Shown here piece after piece: positions 1-12,525 of a stretch of DNA of 64,000 nt. This DNA comes from Octopus bimaculoides (Eukaryota): contig NC_069002.1 in NCBI RefSeq assembly GCF_001194135.2, forward strand, positions 27,383,705 to 27,447,704, in the 5' to 3' direction. Each line of letters begins with the position of its first letter. Position 1 is the first letter of the stretch. Under the pieces are notes generated by a model. It saw only the letters and a program-made list of their open reading frames with translations. It searched no databases and was not told the DNA's origin. The translations under genes were made by a program, and so were the position numbers.

Positions 1-272
1 ATTATATGGACGATATTTTTAACCGAGACGTTACGACCATATCTGATTCTTCAAATGCTTCAATTCTGTGTATGTATATGTGTATGTAGATTGCTGACAC
101 TTATCAATGGCTTCTCTTATTATTACTGTGCCATCTTCTGTCATTAATAAAACTATCGGCATTTCTGACGACACGGGTATACTAGTAAATAATACATGAC
201 ATGGCGACAACGGTAAAGCCTCAGTGGTAGCAAGTATTACTAGAAATAACAACCAAAGCTCACACAAACCAC

Positions 273-313
273 GGTTGGATCTTTTCAATCTGTCAGATTG
301 AAAAGATCCAACC
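273..313. repeat. Perfect 20-bp inverted repeat with a 1-nt centre
   Basis: ggttggatcttttcaatctg-t-cagattgaaaagatccaacc. Confidence 0.95.
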
Positions 314-1894
314 AGGACGCACACATTAAATGATGTAGTCCTAGATATATTTATGAAGAAAGAAAGAAAGAAAGAAGACGGAATTATCAAACTTGGTATG
401 TTTTCGGTATCCGATCAAGGATTGCCTGAGGATAAACAACAACGATGACGAAATCAACGCCGAGTGGAAGAATCGTCAGAGCATCGGAGAAAACACTTGT
501 GTTATTTAGTTGCGGTCATTCGGTACCGAGTTTGAAATCCCGCCTGCGAGGTCAAATTTGCTTTTCAAACTTCCGGCAACACTGAAGGAGGCGCAGTACA
601 AACACACACAAATATACATTCCTTTGGTCCAAAATAGTTGTGGATGGAATTGGAAAAGAAAACCAGACAGTCTTCGAGGAAGAGTAAGTTGGATCCAAAA
701 AAAAAAAAATAGCAGTAACGAACGAAAAGTTGGAACAAATTAGATTTAGCGCTAATTTTTAATGAAAATCAACCTTATAAATTATAGGCTTTATCTATTT
801 GAGTTCCGATTAAAGGAAAACAAAAAGAAAAGAAAGGGCCTCGATTTATCACTTGTTTAATATATTTAACCCCTTGCCTGTTCAAAGTATTTTCATAAGT
901 TGGTCATAAACGTCCACGCTTGTTTACGGACTTTTAATTTAGCCCTCGTTTCAGGCAATCTCAGTAACATAAAGCTTTCCTTTCATAAGTCTCAAGTTAC
1001 TCTGGTGGTGGAAATAAATTGTGAATGTGTATCATATATGATGCATGGACACCAGAGAAATATGAATAGACAGGAGAGGCCAAGGGTTAAATTTAAATAC
1101 CTATGTTTCATACTAAAATTTCGTCTTCAATAGTGATGGAAGTGGGTATTATATACTGAGGAGAGGGTGAGTACTCTAAGGTCCGAAAGGCTGAAATCGA
1201 GAAGGTGAGACTAGACATTCTAGCTACCCTCAGCCGTCTCTGAGTTGAAAACTAAGTCAATGCCACACCCCTGCGTACTACCCACAAAACTCCAGCACTG
1301 GTCTTTAATTACATTCTACTGAAGTTTGGGGGAAGGACTGTTTATGATTTTTCGTACATTTGTACGCGACATACTGCAAATGGTTTCATTAATAACATGT
1401 TGAAGAAACAAAGAAAGAAATAGATAGATAGATATTAAAAAAAAAACAGCCTGATTTATTTACACAGACATATATATACGGGGAGAGTTTACAAAGAACT
1501 AAATGTTTAATAGGTTCTGATAGAAATGATATCGGATTTCACCAAGTGGAGTCATTGTGTAAGAGAGTGACATATTTTAGTTAAACAGAATTTCAGTGAA
1601 AAACATGAGTTTCTATTATTTACATATACACACGTATGCATGTGCGAGCGTGTATATATACATTCGGATATGTATGCATGTATATGTATGTACATATATG
1701 TGTGTGTACGTGCGTATAGTTACTTCGAGGCCAGTACCAACTTCAGTGTCCGAACCCTGTCATCGTAAAAATAAATTTAAAACTCGTACGTATTGAGTGC
1801 TTTCTCAACATACATACATACATTTATGCATGAATGTATGTGTATACATATCTACGTATATGCATATGTGCGTGAGTATATATATATATATATA

Positions 1895-2096
1895 TACTCT
1901 TTTACTTGTTTCAGTCATTTGACTGCGGCCATGCTGGAGCACCGCCTTTAGTCGAGCAAATCGACCTCGGGACTTATTCTTTGTAAGCCTAGTACTTATT
2001 CTACCGGTCTCTTTTGCCGAACCGCTAAATGACGGGGACATAAACACACCAGCATCGGTTGTCAAGCAATGCTAGGAGGACAAACACAGACACACA

Positions 2097-2100
<4 letters not shown>
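1895..2100 (-). mobile_element. Family A SINE 3' half, CpGs intact
   Basis: tactcttttacttgtttcagtcatttgactgcggccatgctggagc... consensus. Confidence 0.85.
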
Positions 2101-2133
<33 letters not shown>

Positions 2134-3476
2134 GCACGTCAAAAACTACCTGTATATTTGCATGCACAGATAGCAGATAGATTGACAATAAAACCCTGAG
2201 GGTGAGTTCGTTACATAGAAACTCCTCATATTTAGTTTGCATCTACGAGCTTAAACCGAAGATTGTGGTTTCGAATCAAGGGTTGAGGTATATATTAGTT
2301 CTTTTTACTGGCTTATTGCTTACAACTCATAAAAACGAAGATTTTCTTGATTTTTTTTATATAAACACAAATAGATAGATATTGGTAGATAATGAATCGA
2401 AGGATAAATAAATCTGATTAGTAAGACAAATACTCGTAAAATAAGATAAGATTCTAGCACGAATCCAATTGCAACATCGACCATAATTCACTCTCAATAT
2501 TCCAGGATTTGCAAGGCGGATTGGCAGAATCGTCAGCACGCCGGCTTAGCGGTATTTTGTCTGTCTTTACGTTCTGAGGTCAAATTCCGCCGAGGTCGAC
2601 TTTGCCTTTAATCCTTTCGCGGTCGATAAATTAAGTGCCAGTCGCATACTGGAATCGATCTAATCACCCCCCCCCCCCCGAATGTGACCATAAAATGGTA
2701 ATTAACTCGATTTAATTAATCAGTCGCTATTTATGTAAAATTAGGACTTATTTGTGGATTGGGTGAAAAATATTGTTTGTCGTTTCTATGGAGGGCGATT
2801 GTTGTTTACGTAGATTCGGCAACTTTATCATATATATATATACATATATATATGTATACATGCATACACATATATACACGTTGTACAGACGCACAGATAT
2901 ATATGTTATATATATAAGGGGAAAAAACCACTTACTCCGGCTGTTTTAGTATATTGTCTGAGACCTGATTGTAAACAACACAGCTAATAATAATAATAAT
3001 AATAATAATCCTTTCACTTCAGAAATACATATTTTCATACGGTACCCCATACATTCCTTACCATTTATATTCCATTTCTTCGTAATTTTTTTTTTTTAAG
3101 AGCACAACGCATTTACAATTACTAACCTCGCCCAAAACTCCCATTCAAGTTAAACGAGGAAATGAAAAGCTATCAAAGAGGGAATATATTAACAGATTTA
3201 CTTAATGAACATTGATTTGTGTGTGAAAAAGCTCGGTTAAATAACCAACATAAATATATAAATAATAAACGCGAACGCATACTTAATGTGTGTATGTATA
3301 TGTATGTATATATGTATGTATAATATGCATGAAGTAAACATAAACTAGCTTTCTGGTATTCCTTTCGTATTCCTTCAAGTTTATAGGGGGTCCCCAAGTA
3401 GGGTGGATGATGTAGGAGTCATTTTTATATATGTTACGTGAGCGTGTATACACACACACACACACGGTCAATTCTT

Positions 3477-3511
<35 letters not shown>

Positions 3512-5944
3512 AAGCATGGAGAGAGAGAAAGAGCTAGCAATCAATGTTTAGAAGCTGAGCTGGACGAGAGGAGAGAAGAAAGGGTTAGGTGCTATGAGGG
3601 TACTCTGCTGAGTTTGTTTGGGGTACGTCAGAAATGTTTATGTTTCGATAGAAGTCTTGGACGGGAACAAGAACCAGCAAAACACTTCGAATAATCTTAT
3701 TTCTCAGGTGTACCTATACCAGTGTATGCACAAACACACATACACACGCACCGTTTCTATCGCAGGCGTAAATAAACATTGGAAAACCGATCGTTAGATG
3801 TAAAAAACATAAATATGAAAGGAGATGTCAGCTTACCTTAATTGATCTGTATAAAATGGGTAGGAAGGTACAGAAAGCGAGAGCCGCCAATGAAGGCTTT
3901 GTCTTCGAGTGGAAGCAACAATTTCTTAATAAAGGTGGGAAAATCTAACGAGAGTATGACAGATGAGAGACACGGTCAAAGGTGATGCGAACTGCGGGAA
4001 TGGTTGCAAACGTCTTCGCAACAGCACTCCTGCATGTATACTGAATGGAACCCGCTCTCGTTACATCTACCCCTCTCGAGAAACGTCAGGCAACGAGATT
4101 CTCACTGGTGCCCCTATGGTTGGTTGAATGAGAGGAATAAGTAAGCAACGGAATTAATGTAAGAATATGAGCTGAAGGGGCGACAGAAGATAAAGTGACA
4201 GAGAGAGAGAGAGAGAAAGAGAAGTATTGGTGGTGTGTGCGGGAGAGGGGGAACAGTCGATCAAAGACGAGGCAAGAGAATGAAAGAGTGAAAGTTGGTA
4301 TAAGCGAAAGAGAGAGGAAGGGGTGGTGAGTAAATGACAAAGTGATAGAAAGAAAGTTTGTGACAGTGTAAGAAACAACGAGAGTATAAGAAATAGTAGA
4401 GGGAGAGCGAGAGAGAGAAAGGCGCTTTTAATTATCGACATCGTCGTATTTTACGTCTGCCTTACATACCGATGTAGGATGTGTCGTAAGTGTCCCAGTC
4501 CGTATTTAGAGCTGTTTGCCCTCTTAGACGCGTCGGTGATCACGTATTTCTCCTACTTTTCATTTTTCATCCTGGTTTTTACTTCTGTATCTCTTTCCTG
4601 ACACCAACCACTTTACAGAATGTACTATGTGCCCATTATCATGGTCCTCGCATTACAGAGACTATTTTCTCCTTGGTAAGACCGACGCGGTGGTGGGGGG
4701 TCTTTTCTGCGCTATAATTTCTTCATTCATCATTCAATTCACTTGACATATTGTAGAGAGTTTATTTTACGATAACATCAGCATTTTAGAGGCCACTTCA
4801 CACCACCTTCAACCACCACCACCACCACCACCAGCAAGACTAGGGAGATATCTCAACTTCAAACACTGTCTCTGGTCAAAGCAATATGATTGAAAAGGTT
4901 ACTAGAAAACAGAATGATGAAGAAAAGAACTGGGCTGAAAAAGGTATTAGAGGAAAGAGGTAGTAATGGAAGAGAGACAGTGATGGGTAGCTGCATGTTG
5001 CTTGTTTGTTGTTGGTAAGGAGAGTGGACAGAAAAACAGCAGGAATGGCATAATGGGAAGAAAGGGTGACAAGAAGGAGAGAGTGTGATAGAGAAGGAGA
5101 GAGGGAGACTGGAGAAGAGAGAAAGGGATGAATATCAATCAATGATAAGGGAGGAAGTAATGGAAGAGAAAGAGTGATGGTTTGCAATAAAGGAAAATGA
5201 TGATATGGAGGATTGAATATGGGTGTACCTGATGCCATCCCTCATTACACAGGCAACATGAAGGGGAAGAGGTAGAGAGATAGTAAAGAGGTAAAGCTTG
5301 CTAGACCTGAATGAAGACAAATTCATACTGCAATCATTGCCAACCGTCATTTTAACAATGATTTTGCCATACTTGGACAGGTGAACAGGTTTTCTCCCAC
5401 GTCACAGGTTACCAATAATTTGTGGTCCTTTGTCATTTTGTAACTCTTCTGAGATCAGGTTTTATCACATCATCCTATATCTTCCATTGTGTTCCTCCCC
5501 CAAAGGTATTATCCACTTTAAGTGCATTGCATTTCTTTAATCTAGAGATAAATACAAATGTGGTTGTGTGGTAAGAAGCTTGCTTCCCAACCACATGATT
5601 CCAGGTTCAGTCCCACTACAGTCCTACTACAGCCTCAGGCCGACCAAAGACTTATGAGTAAGTTTGGTAGATGGAAACTGAAAGCAGCCCCTGTGTATGG
5701 TGGGGGGAGGGTGTCTGTGTCTGTCCCTTACTACTGCTTGACAACTAGTATTGGTGTGCCTACCTCCTCATAACTTAGTGGTTTGGCAAAAGAGATCAAC
5801 AGAATAGATATCAAGCTTAAAAATCATAAGTGCCAGGGACAATTTGCTTGACTAAAATTCTTCTGGGTGGTGCCCCAGCATGACCACTATCTAATGACTA
5901 AAACAAGTAATAAAAATGAATAAAATATATTATTTGCACGTGTA

Positions 5945-6248
5945 AAGACATTCGAGTGAGATTGTTGCCAGTGCTGCTGGACTGGCTCCTGTGTAGGTGG
6001 CACATAAAATACACTATTCTGAGTGTGGACATTGCCAGTAACGCCTGACTGGCCTTCGTGCCGGTGGCATGTAAAAGCACCCACTACACTCTCGGAGTGG
6101 TTGGCGTCAGGAAGGGCATCCAGCTGTAGAAACTCTGCCAAATCAGATTGGAGCCTGGTGTAGCCATCTGGTTCACCAGTCCTCAGTCAAATCATCCAAC
6201 CCATGCTAGCATGGAAAGCAGACGTTAAACGATGATGATGATGATGAT
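5945..6248 (+). mobile_element. Family B RTE-related element, 3' end with (GAT)n tail
   Basis: ...ggttggcgtcaggaagggcatccagctgtagaaac...gacgttaaac(gat)n; more than 20 similar copies in the window. Confidence 0.85.
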
Positions 6249-6680
6249 ATTATATGCCCACAGCTGTTTTGTCTTATGTCAATTTTTATTCTCTCAGTTT
6301 ATTTTGTAAGCCATCGTTCGTGTACACTAAACTTACACAGCCATTAGATGACTTCAGAATAAGCTAGGTGGCCTGTGAGACAAGGCAGTGTGGAGAAAGA
6401 AGGCCAAACTCTTTGGCCTAATATATGTTCAAAGCAATCACCACTGATGATGTGTATTGGGAGAATGATGAGAGACTTTGAACAAAGAGGATTGGTGTGA
6501 GTTTCTATGACATAATCTGCTGCAAGCTATAGATCAGATCTGTGTTTGGAGCAAGGTTCAAGTGAGACAAAAGTGAAACAGTTGCAATGCAAGTGAGTCT
6601 GAGATGAGCCAATTCCATGGACATGGAATTTGGCTCATTTGGAGATATAGATATGGTGCCTGTAGAGTAAAAGTTGGTGA

Positions 6681-7021
6681 AGGTGCATGGTTCAGTGGTT
6701 AGAGCATTGGGCTCACAACCATGAGATAGAGAGATTGATTTCCAGATTGGGTTGTGTGTTGTGTTCTTGAGCAAGACCCTTTATTTCACATTGCTCCAGT
6801 TCCTTCAGCTGTAGAAATGAGTTGCGATGTCACTGGCGCCAAGCTGTATTGGCCCCTTTGCCTTTTCCTTGGATAACATCTGTGGCATGGAGAGTGGAGG
6901 CTGGTATGCATGGGCAACTGCTGCTCTTCCATATACAACCTTGCCCAGACTTGTTCCTCAGAGGGTAACTTTCTAGGTGCAATCCCATAGTCATTCATTA
7001 CTAAAGGGGGTCTTTACCCTT
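6681..7021 (+). mobile_element. Family F tRNA-derived SINE
   Basis: Head ggtgcatggttcagtggttagagc, then ttcttgagcaagac...ttgctccagt domain; second copy 62472-62779, partial copy 43568-43765. Confidence 0.78.
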
Positions 7022-7802
7022 TACCAAGCCTGTAGAATGCTGCATCTCAGGTGACATCTGGTGTGCTCTCAGTAGCCCTGGAAAATCCATGTCCGTAATG
7101 AATCACTGCTCTGAAGTCAGTTCTTACCCATCATCTGCAGATAGTTTCCTGTACTGTGTGTCACTTGTGATATACAGAACATGTTTCATCAGCATCCATT
7201 TTGATGATATGAGTGTATATTTTTTAGGATGACATTGTAGATTAGATGTGAGATGTCATATCTGGTCAGTTTGAGTATAAAACAGGTAGAATATTTAGGC
7301 CGGATTTGGCTGGTTTAAATGCTAAAAGGTTATCTAATCTCCTTCTTTTAACTTTCAAGTAATAGGTTTATACTGAATCAATCAATCAATTAAATTCTAG
7401 TCCCAAGTCCCAACTAGAATGATACGACACTTGCTCCCCCCTCTCCTTTGTTTAAATTATAATACAAATCATCTGTACAGTTTCCTATGTAAATACTCGG
7501 AGTAACGTAATGAAATTAACATAATCTGTTAATAGTCAAGCAAAACAACTTCTATGCATTATATCAATAACATGCTGGTGACATATTGGGGGTTTAGACT
7601 GACAATATAACCTTTACTCACTTTAGACCATTGACATGTTTTTGTTGTTGTTGTTACTTAGATTGTTGTTATTACTTCAGATGGCAACAGGATGCAATTA
7701 TATACACACACACACACACATATATTTCTATATGCACACATTCATATATGTATATGCATACATAACGTATTTACATACATATACATATCTATTGTATATA
7801 TT

Positions 7803-7844
<42 letters not shown>

Positions 7845-8580
7845 ACACACGCATACATGTTTGTATACATATTCATACATATATACATAAATATACATAC
7901 ATGCATTCACACCCACACACATGTATCTATCTATCTATCTATCCTAACTTTCTATCTATTTATCTATTCTCAGAAAGCACCAACATTCCTCATTTGTATT
8001 CTGGGAAACTAAAATGAAAATATTTTCTGGTGTAATATTTGTTCTCAAGTTAGATTTTTTTTTTAATATTGATTTTTCTTTCTTTTCTTTTTCTTTTTTT
8101 TAATTTTCAGTTAAAGCAGTATGTCAGTTATTGATTGAACAGCTGAGTCATTCAAAGATTGACAAAATCAGTAGGGCATCTGGCAAAACAGCATGTGGTA
8201 TTTAGCATCCCTTTACATTCTGAGTTCAAATCCTGTGAAGACCAATTTTGCCTTTCATCATTCTGGAGTTAATAAAATAAAATACTTGTCTCCTACTGGG
8301 GGTTCATATAAGGCCCCTTCCTACACAAAGGAACTACGTTAGTAATCAATGGCTGTGTGCTAAGAAGCTTGCTTCCCAACCACATGGTTTGCAGTTCAGT
8401 TCCATTGTGTACCCTGGGTGGTCGACCAAAGTTTTGAGTAGACTTGGGGACAGAAAGAGAAAGAAGCTCCTTTTATAAAATCAGATTGGAGCCTGGTGTA
8501 GCCATCTGGTTCACCAGTCCTCTGTCAAATCGTCCAACCCATGCTAGCATGGAAAGCGGACGTTAAATGATGATGATGAC

Positions 8581-8760
8581 TATTGTATGAAGAATCGTGG
8601 GTAAGGCCAGAACAATGCGAAGTAAATGCAAGGCAAATCACAAGAAAACAAATATTGAATACAAGGTAAGTCTACATTAATTCATATATTTGTTTTCTTG
8701 TGATATGCCTTGCATTTATTTTGTATTATTCTGTCCTTACCCACGATCCTTTATACAATA
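8581..8760. repeat. About 80-bp imperfect inverted repeat (foldback)
   Basis: 8581-8660 against the reverse complement of 8679-8760: about 8 substitutions and 1 indel. Confidence 0.9.
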
Positions 8761-9171
8761 TATTCTACACAATGCTTCATAGTAATTATTCCATATATGT
8801 ATATACACACACACACACATATATATATATACATGTACAGTTGGAATTTACAAAAAAAAACAAAAGACGAAGGCAGGTGTATTAGTTTAACACTCGGGAA
8901 GATGAGAAAGTCTTTTATGTTTTGAGCGTATGCTCTTCAACAGAAAGGAACACAAGAAAATAAAGAGAGAGAGAATAAAAAAAAAACTTTAGTGGCTAGT
9001 GGTCAATCATGGCGATTGACCAGCTTCTTTTGGTTTCCGTCCACCAAATCCACTCACAAGGCTTTGGTTGGCTTGAGGCTATAGTAGAAGACACTTGCCC
9101 AAGTTGCCATGCAGTGGGACTGAACCCGGAACCATATGGTTGGTAAGCAATCTACTTACTACACAGCCACA

Positions 9172-9215
<44 letters not shown>

Positions 9216-9626
9216 GAGTTTTTGTTTGTCCTCCATCACCGCTTGACAACCAGTGTTGGTTTGTTTTCATCTCAGTAACTTAGCTGTTCAGCCAATAGAG
9301 AATGATAGAGCAAGTACCAGGGATCGAATTGTGCGACTAAAACATTTGCAAGCAGTGCCCCAAGATGGCTGCATTCCAATGACTGAAACAAGTAAAAGAA
9401 GTGTGTGCATGTGTGTAAGCATGTCTGTGTGTACGAGCATGTGTTTGAGTGTGTGTGTGTATGTGTATGTGTATGTGAGAGGCAGTGTGGTTAAAGTCTT
9501 CACAACAACATAAACTTAGATTCAGTCTGACTGACCAGCGCCTTGTTAGTGGAATTGGTAAAGAGAAACTGAATAGAGCCCATCATATATGTGTGTGTGA
9601 GTATGTAAATGTGGGTATATATATGT

Positions 9627-10165
9627 ATGTGTATATTCTTTTATTTGTTTCAATCATTTGATTGTGGCCATGCTGGAGCACTGCCTTTAGTAGAACCAAT
9701 TGACCCCAAGACTTATTCTTTGTAAGCCTAGTACTTATTCTATCGGTCTCTTTTTCTGAACCGCTAAGTTATGGGAGCGCAGACACACCAGCATTGGTTG
9801 TCAAGCGATGGTGGGGGGGACAAACACAGACATACAAACATATATACATATATACAACAGGCTTCTTTCAGTTTCTGTCTACGAAATCCACTCACAAGGC
9901 TTTAGTTGGCCCCCCGAGGCTATAATAGAAGACACTTGTCCAAGGTGCCATGCGGTGGGACTGAACCCGTAACCATGTGGTTGGTTAGCAAGCTACTCCG
10001 GTGCCTATATATATATATATGACAGGCTTCTTTCAGTTTCCCTCTACCAAATTCACTCACAAGGCTTTGGTCGGCTCGAGGCTATAGTAGAATACACTTG
10101 CCCAAAGTGCCACTGAACCCATAACCATGTGGTTGATTAGCAAGCTACTTACCACACAGCCACTC
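9627..10165 (-). mobile_element. Family A SINE, full copy plus a tandem extra head
   Basis: Reverse complement of the family A consensus; head repeated at 10020-10165. Confidence 0.8.
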
Positions 10166-10167
10166 AT

Positions 10168-10199
<32 letters not shown>

Positions 10200-10390
10200 T
10201 GGTTCTTTTATTTCTTTACTTGTTTCAGCCATTTTGACTGTGGCTATGTTGGAGCATCACCTTGGAGGGTTTTAGTCGAACAAATCAACTCCAGGATTTA
10301 TTTTTTTAAAGCCTAGTACTTATTCTATTGGTCTCTTTTGCTGAGTCGCTAAGTTATGGGGACATAAACACACCAACACCAGTACATACA

Positions 10391-10395
<5 letters not shown>

Positions 10396-10440
<45 letters not shown>

Positions 10441-10800
10441 NNNNNNNNNNNNNNNNNNNNNNNNNNNNNNNNNNNNNNNNNNNNNNNNNNNNNNNNNNNN
10501 NNNNNNNNNNNNNNNNNNNNNNNNNNNNNNNNNNNNNNNNNNNNNNNNNNNNNNNNNNNNNNNNNNNNNNNNNNNNNNNNNNNNNNNNNNNNNNNNNNNN
10601 NNNNNNNNNNNNNNNNNNNNNNNNNNNNNNNNNNNNNNNNNNNNNNNNNNNNNNNNNNNNNNNNNNNNNNNNNNNNNNNNNNNNNNNNNNNNNNNNNNNN
10701 NNNNNNNNNNNNNNNNNNNNNNNNNNNNNNNNNNNNNNNNNNNNNNNNNNNNNNNNNNNNNNNNNNNNNNNNNNNNNNNNNNNNNNNNNNNNNNNNNNNN

Positions 10801-10841
<41 letters not shown>
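10396..10841. repeat. Long (TA)n microsatellite spanning assembly gap 10441-10800
   Basis: TA runs on both sides of the Ns; many other (TA)n, (CA)n, (GA)n, (CAT)n and (AAT)n tracts occur across the window. Confidence 0.95.
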
Positions 10842-10845
<4 letters not shown>

Positions 10846-11855
10846 CTGTATATATATACATACATGGAAATTGTATGGAAGCCCATCATATATATTTATA
10901 TACATATATATATATCATCATCAAGGCAGATGTTAAACAATGATGATGATGACATATATATATATATATATATATATACGATGGTCTTCCATACAGTTTC
11001 CATCTATCAAATTCATTCACAAGGCATTAGTTGGTCCAGGGCTAGATTAGAAGGTACTTGACCTTTGTATTAATAGAATGGGACTGGCCCCAAAACTGTG
11101 TGGTTCCCAACTGAGTGTACCACGATATAGCCATTTTAGAAAAGATAACCGTTTTTGATCACAAGGTCACTGACCAGGGATGCTGATGGGTGTCGGGTGG
11201 GTAGTAAATTCATTAGTGTAGGTCAAAATGGAGAAGCAGGATAATATAAGATTTAACACTTTAGCATTTAAACTGGCCATATCTGGCCCAAATATTCTAT
11301 CTTGTTTTATGTTCAAACTGGCCAGATCCAGCCTCTCACACTTACCTTACAATGTCATTGTAAAAATAAACAATCAAGTCTTCTAAATCTCAAAGCTATG
11401 AGATAATGCATGATTAATTACAAACAAAATGAATGCACAAGCATTACGTTTGACAGAGAAATCGAAATGCTAAAAGGTTAAAACAGATTGAGAGATAAGG
11501 TTTGTCCTGGTTAAACAAGGATTATGAGGGGGGAGGGGGAGGATTAGCAGCAGTGTATAACTGACCAGAGTGAAAGAGAAAGAAATATAAGATATCTATA
11601 TCATCATCATCATCATCATCCTTTAACATGTTTTCCAAGCAGGCATATATATATATATAAGGAAATATATATTAAAATGAGTAATACTAGATATGGATTC
11701 TAAGAATCATGCAACCATCATAGTAAGCTCTTCTGACGTACTTGGCTATCAATCCACTTAATAATCAGCTACAAAACAGTGTAACGTCAAGTATGTGTAT
11801 AACTGAAAATCCAAGTGATAAAATTATTCTCTTTGCAGAATAATTATATGCATAT

Positions 11856-12245
11856 AGGCACAGGCTGGGTGTGTGATAAGAGGCTTGCTTCCTAACAACA
11901 TGGTTCCAAGTTCAGTCCCACTGCATGGCACCTTGGGCAAGTATCTTCTACTATAGCCTGGGAGTGACCAAAGCCTTGTGAGTGGATTTGGTTGATGAGA
12001 TCTGAAAGAGGCGTGTTGTATATATATATATATACACGTGTGTTTTGTGTTGATTCCTCCACCCCACAGCTTGACAACCGGTGTTGGTGTGTTTGTGTCC
12101 TTGAAACTTAGTGGTTTGGCAAGAGATCAATAGAATAAGTACCAGGCTTAAAAAAGAATACAGTACAAGGGTCGATTCATTTAGCTAAAAATTCAAGGCA
12201 GTGCCCCAGCATGGCCCCACTCTAATGAATGAAGCAAGTAAAAGA
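11856..12245 (+). mobile_element. Family A tRNA-derived SINE, full length
   Basis: Same consensus as 63405-63782. Confidence 0.85.
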
Positions 12246-12324
12246 TATACATTTATATTCATACATACACACATATATATACATGTATATATTTTTATAT
12301 ATATACACACAAATATATGTACAC

Positions 12325-12404
<80 letters not shown>

Positions 12405-12489
12405 TAGCTCTTCGGTGTGATCTCTCTGTCTGGCATTTGCCATGATAGATCACTAGCCACTACACATTCTTTATTTTCTCTCCTTGTTC

Positions 12490-12525
12490 CTTTCTGTGGA
12501 AGAGCGTAGGCTCGAAACGTTAAAG
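12490..12525 (+). ncRNA. Variant minimal hammerhead-like motif in a dispersed repeat (12445-12615; inverted copy 8842-9015)
   Basis: cttt-CTGTGGA-a-gagc(gtag)gctc-GAAA-C-GTT-aaag; the core has T at position A6. Confidence 0.42.

Noticed and set aside
20-62. Minus-strand UUGAAGA...CGUAACGUC hammerhead-like string
   Set aside because: GAAA is broken and there is no stem I pairing.
31-390. 119-aa minus-strand ORF with a signal-peptide-like hydrophobic stretch
   Set aside because: No recognisable family; it runs through a palindrome and simple repeats, and no supported splice partners were found.
10320-10936. Long ORFs (170-370 aa) here and at 16.2, 31, 45.3 and 55.8 kb
   Set aside because: They are open only because of N-runs and (TA)n; the 45121 ORF is real only in its PLE part.
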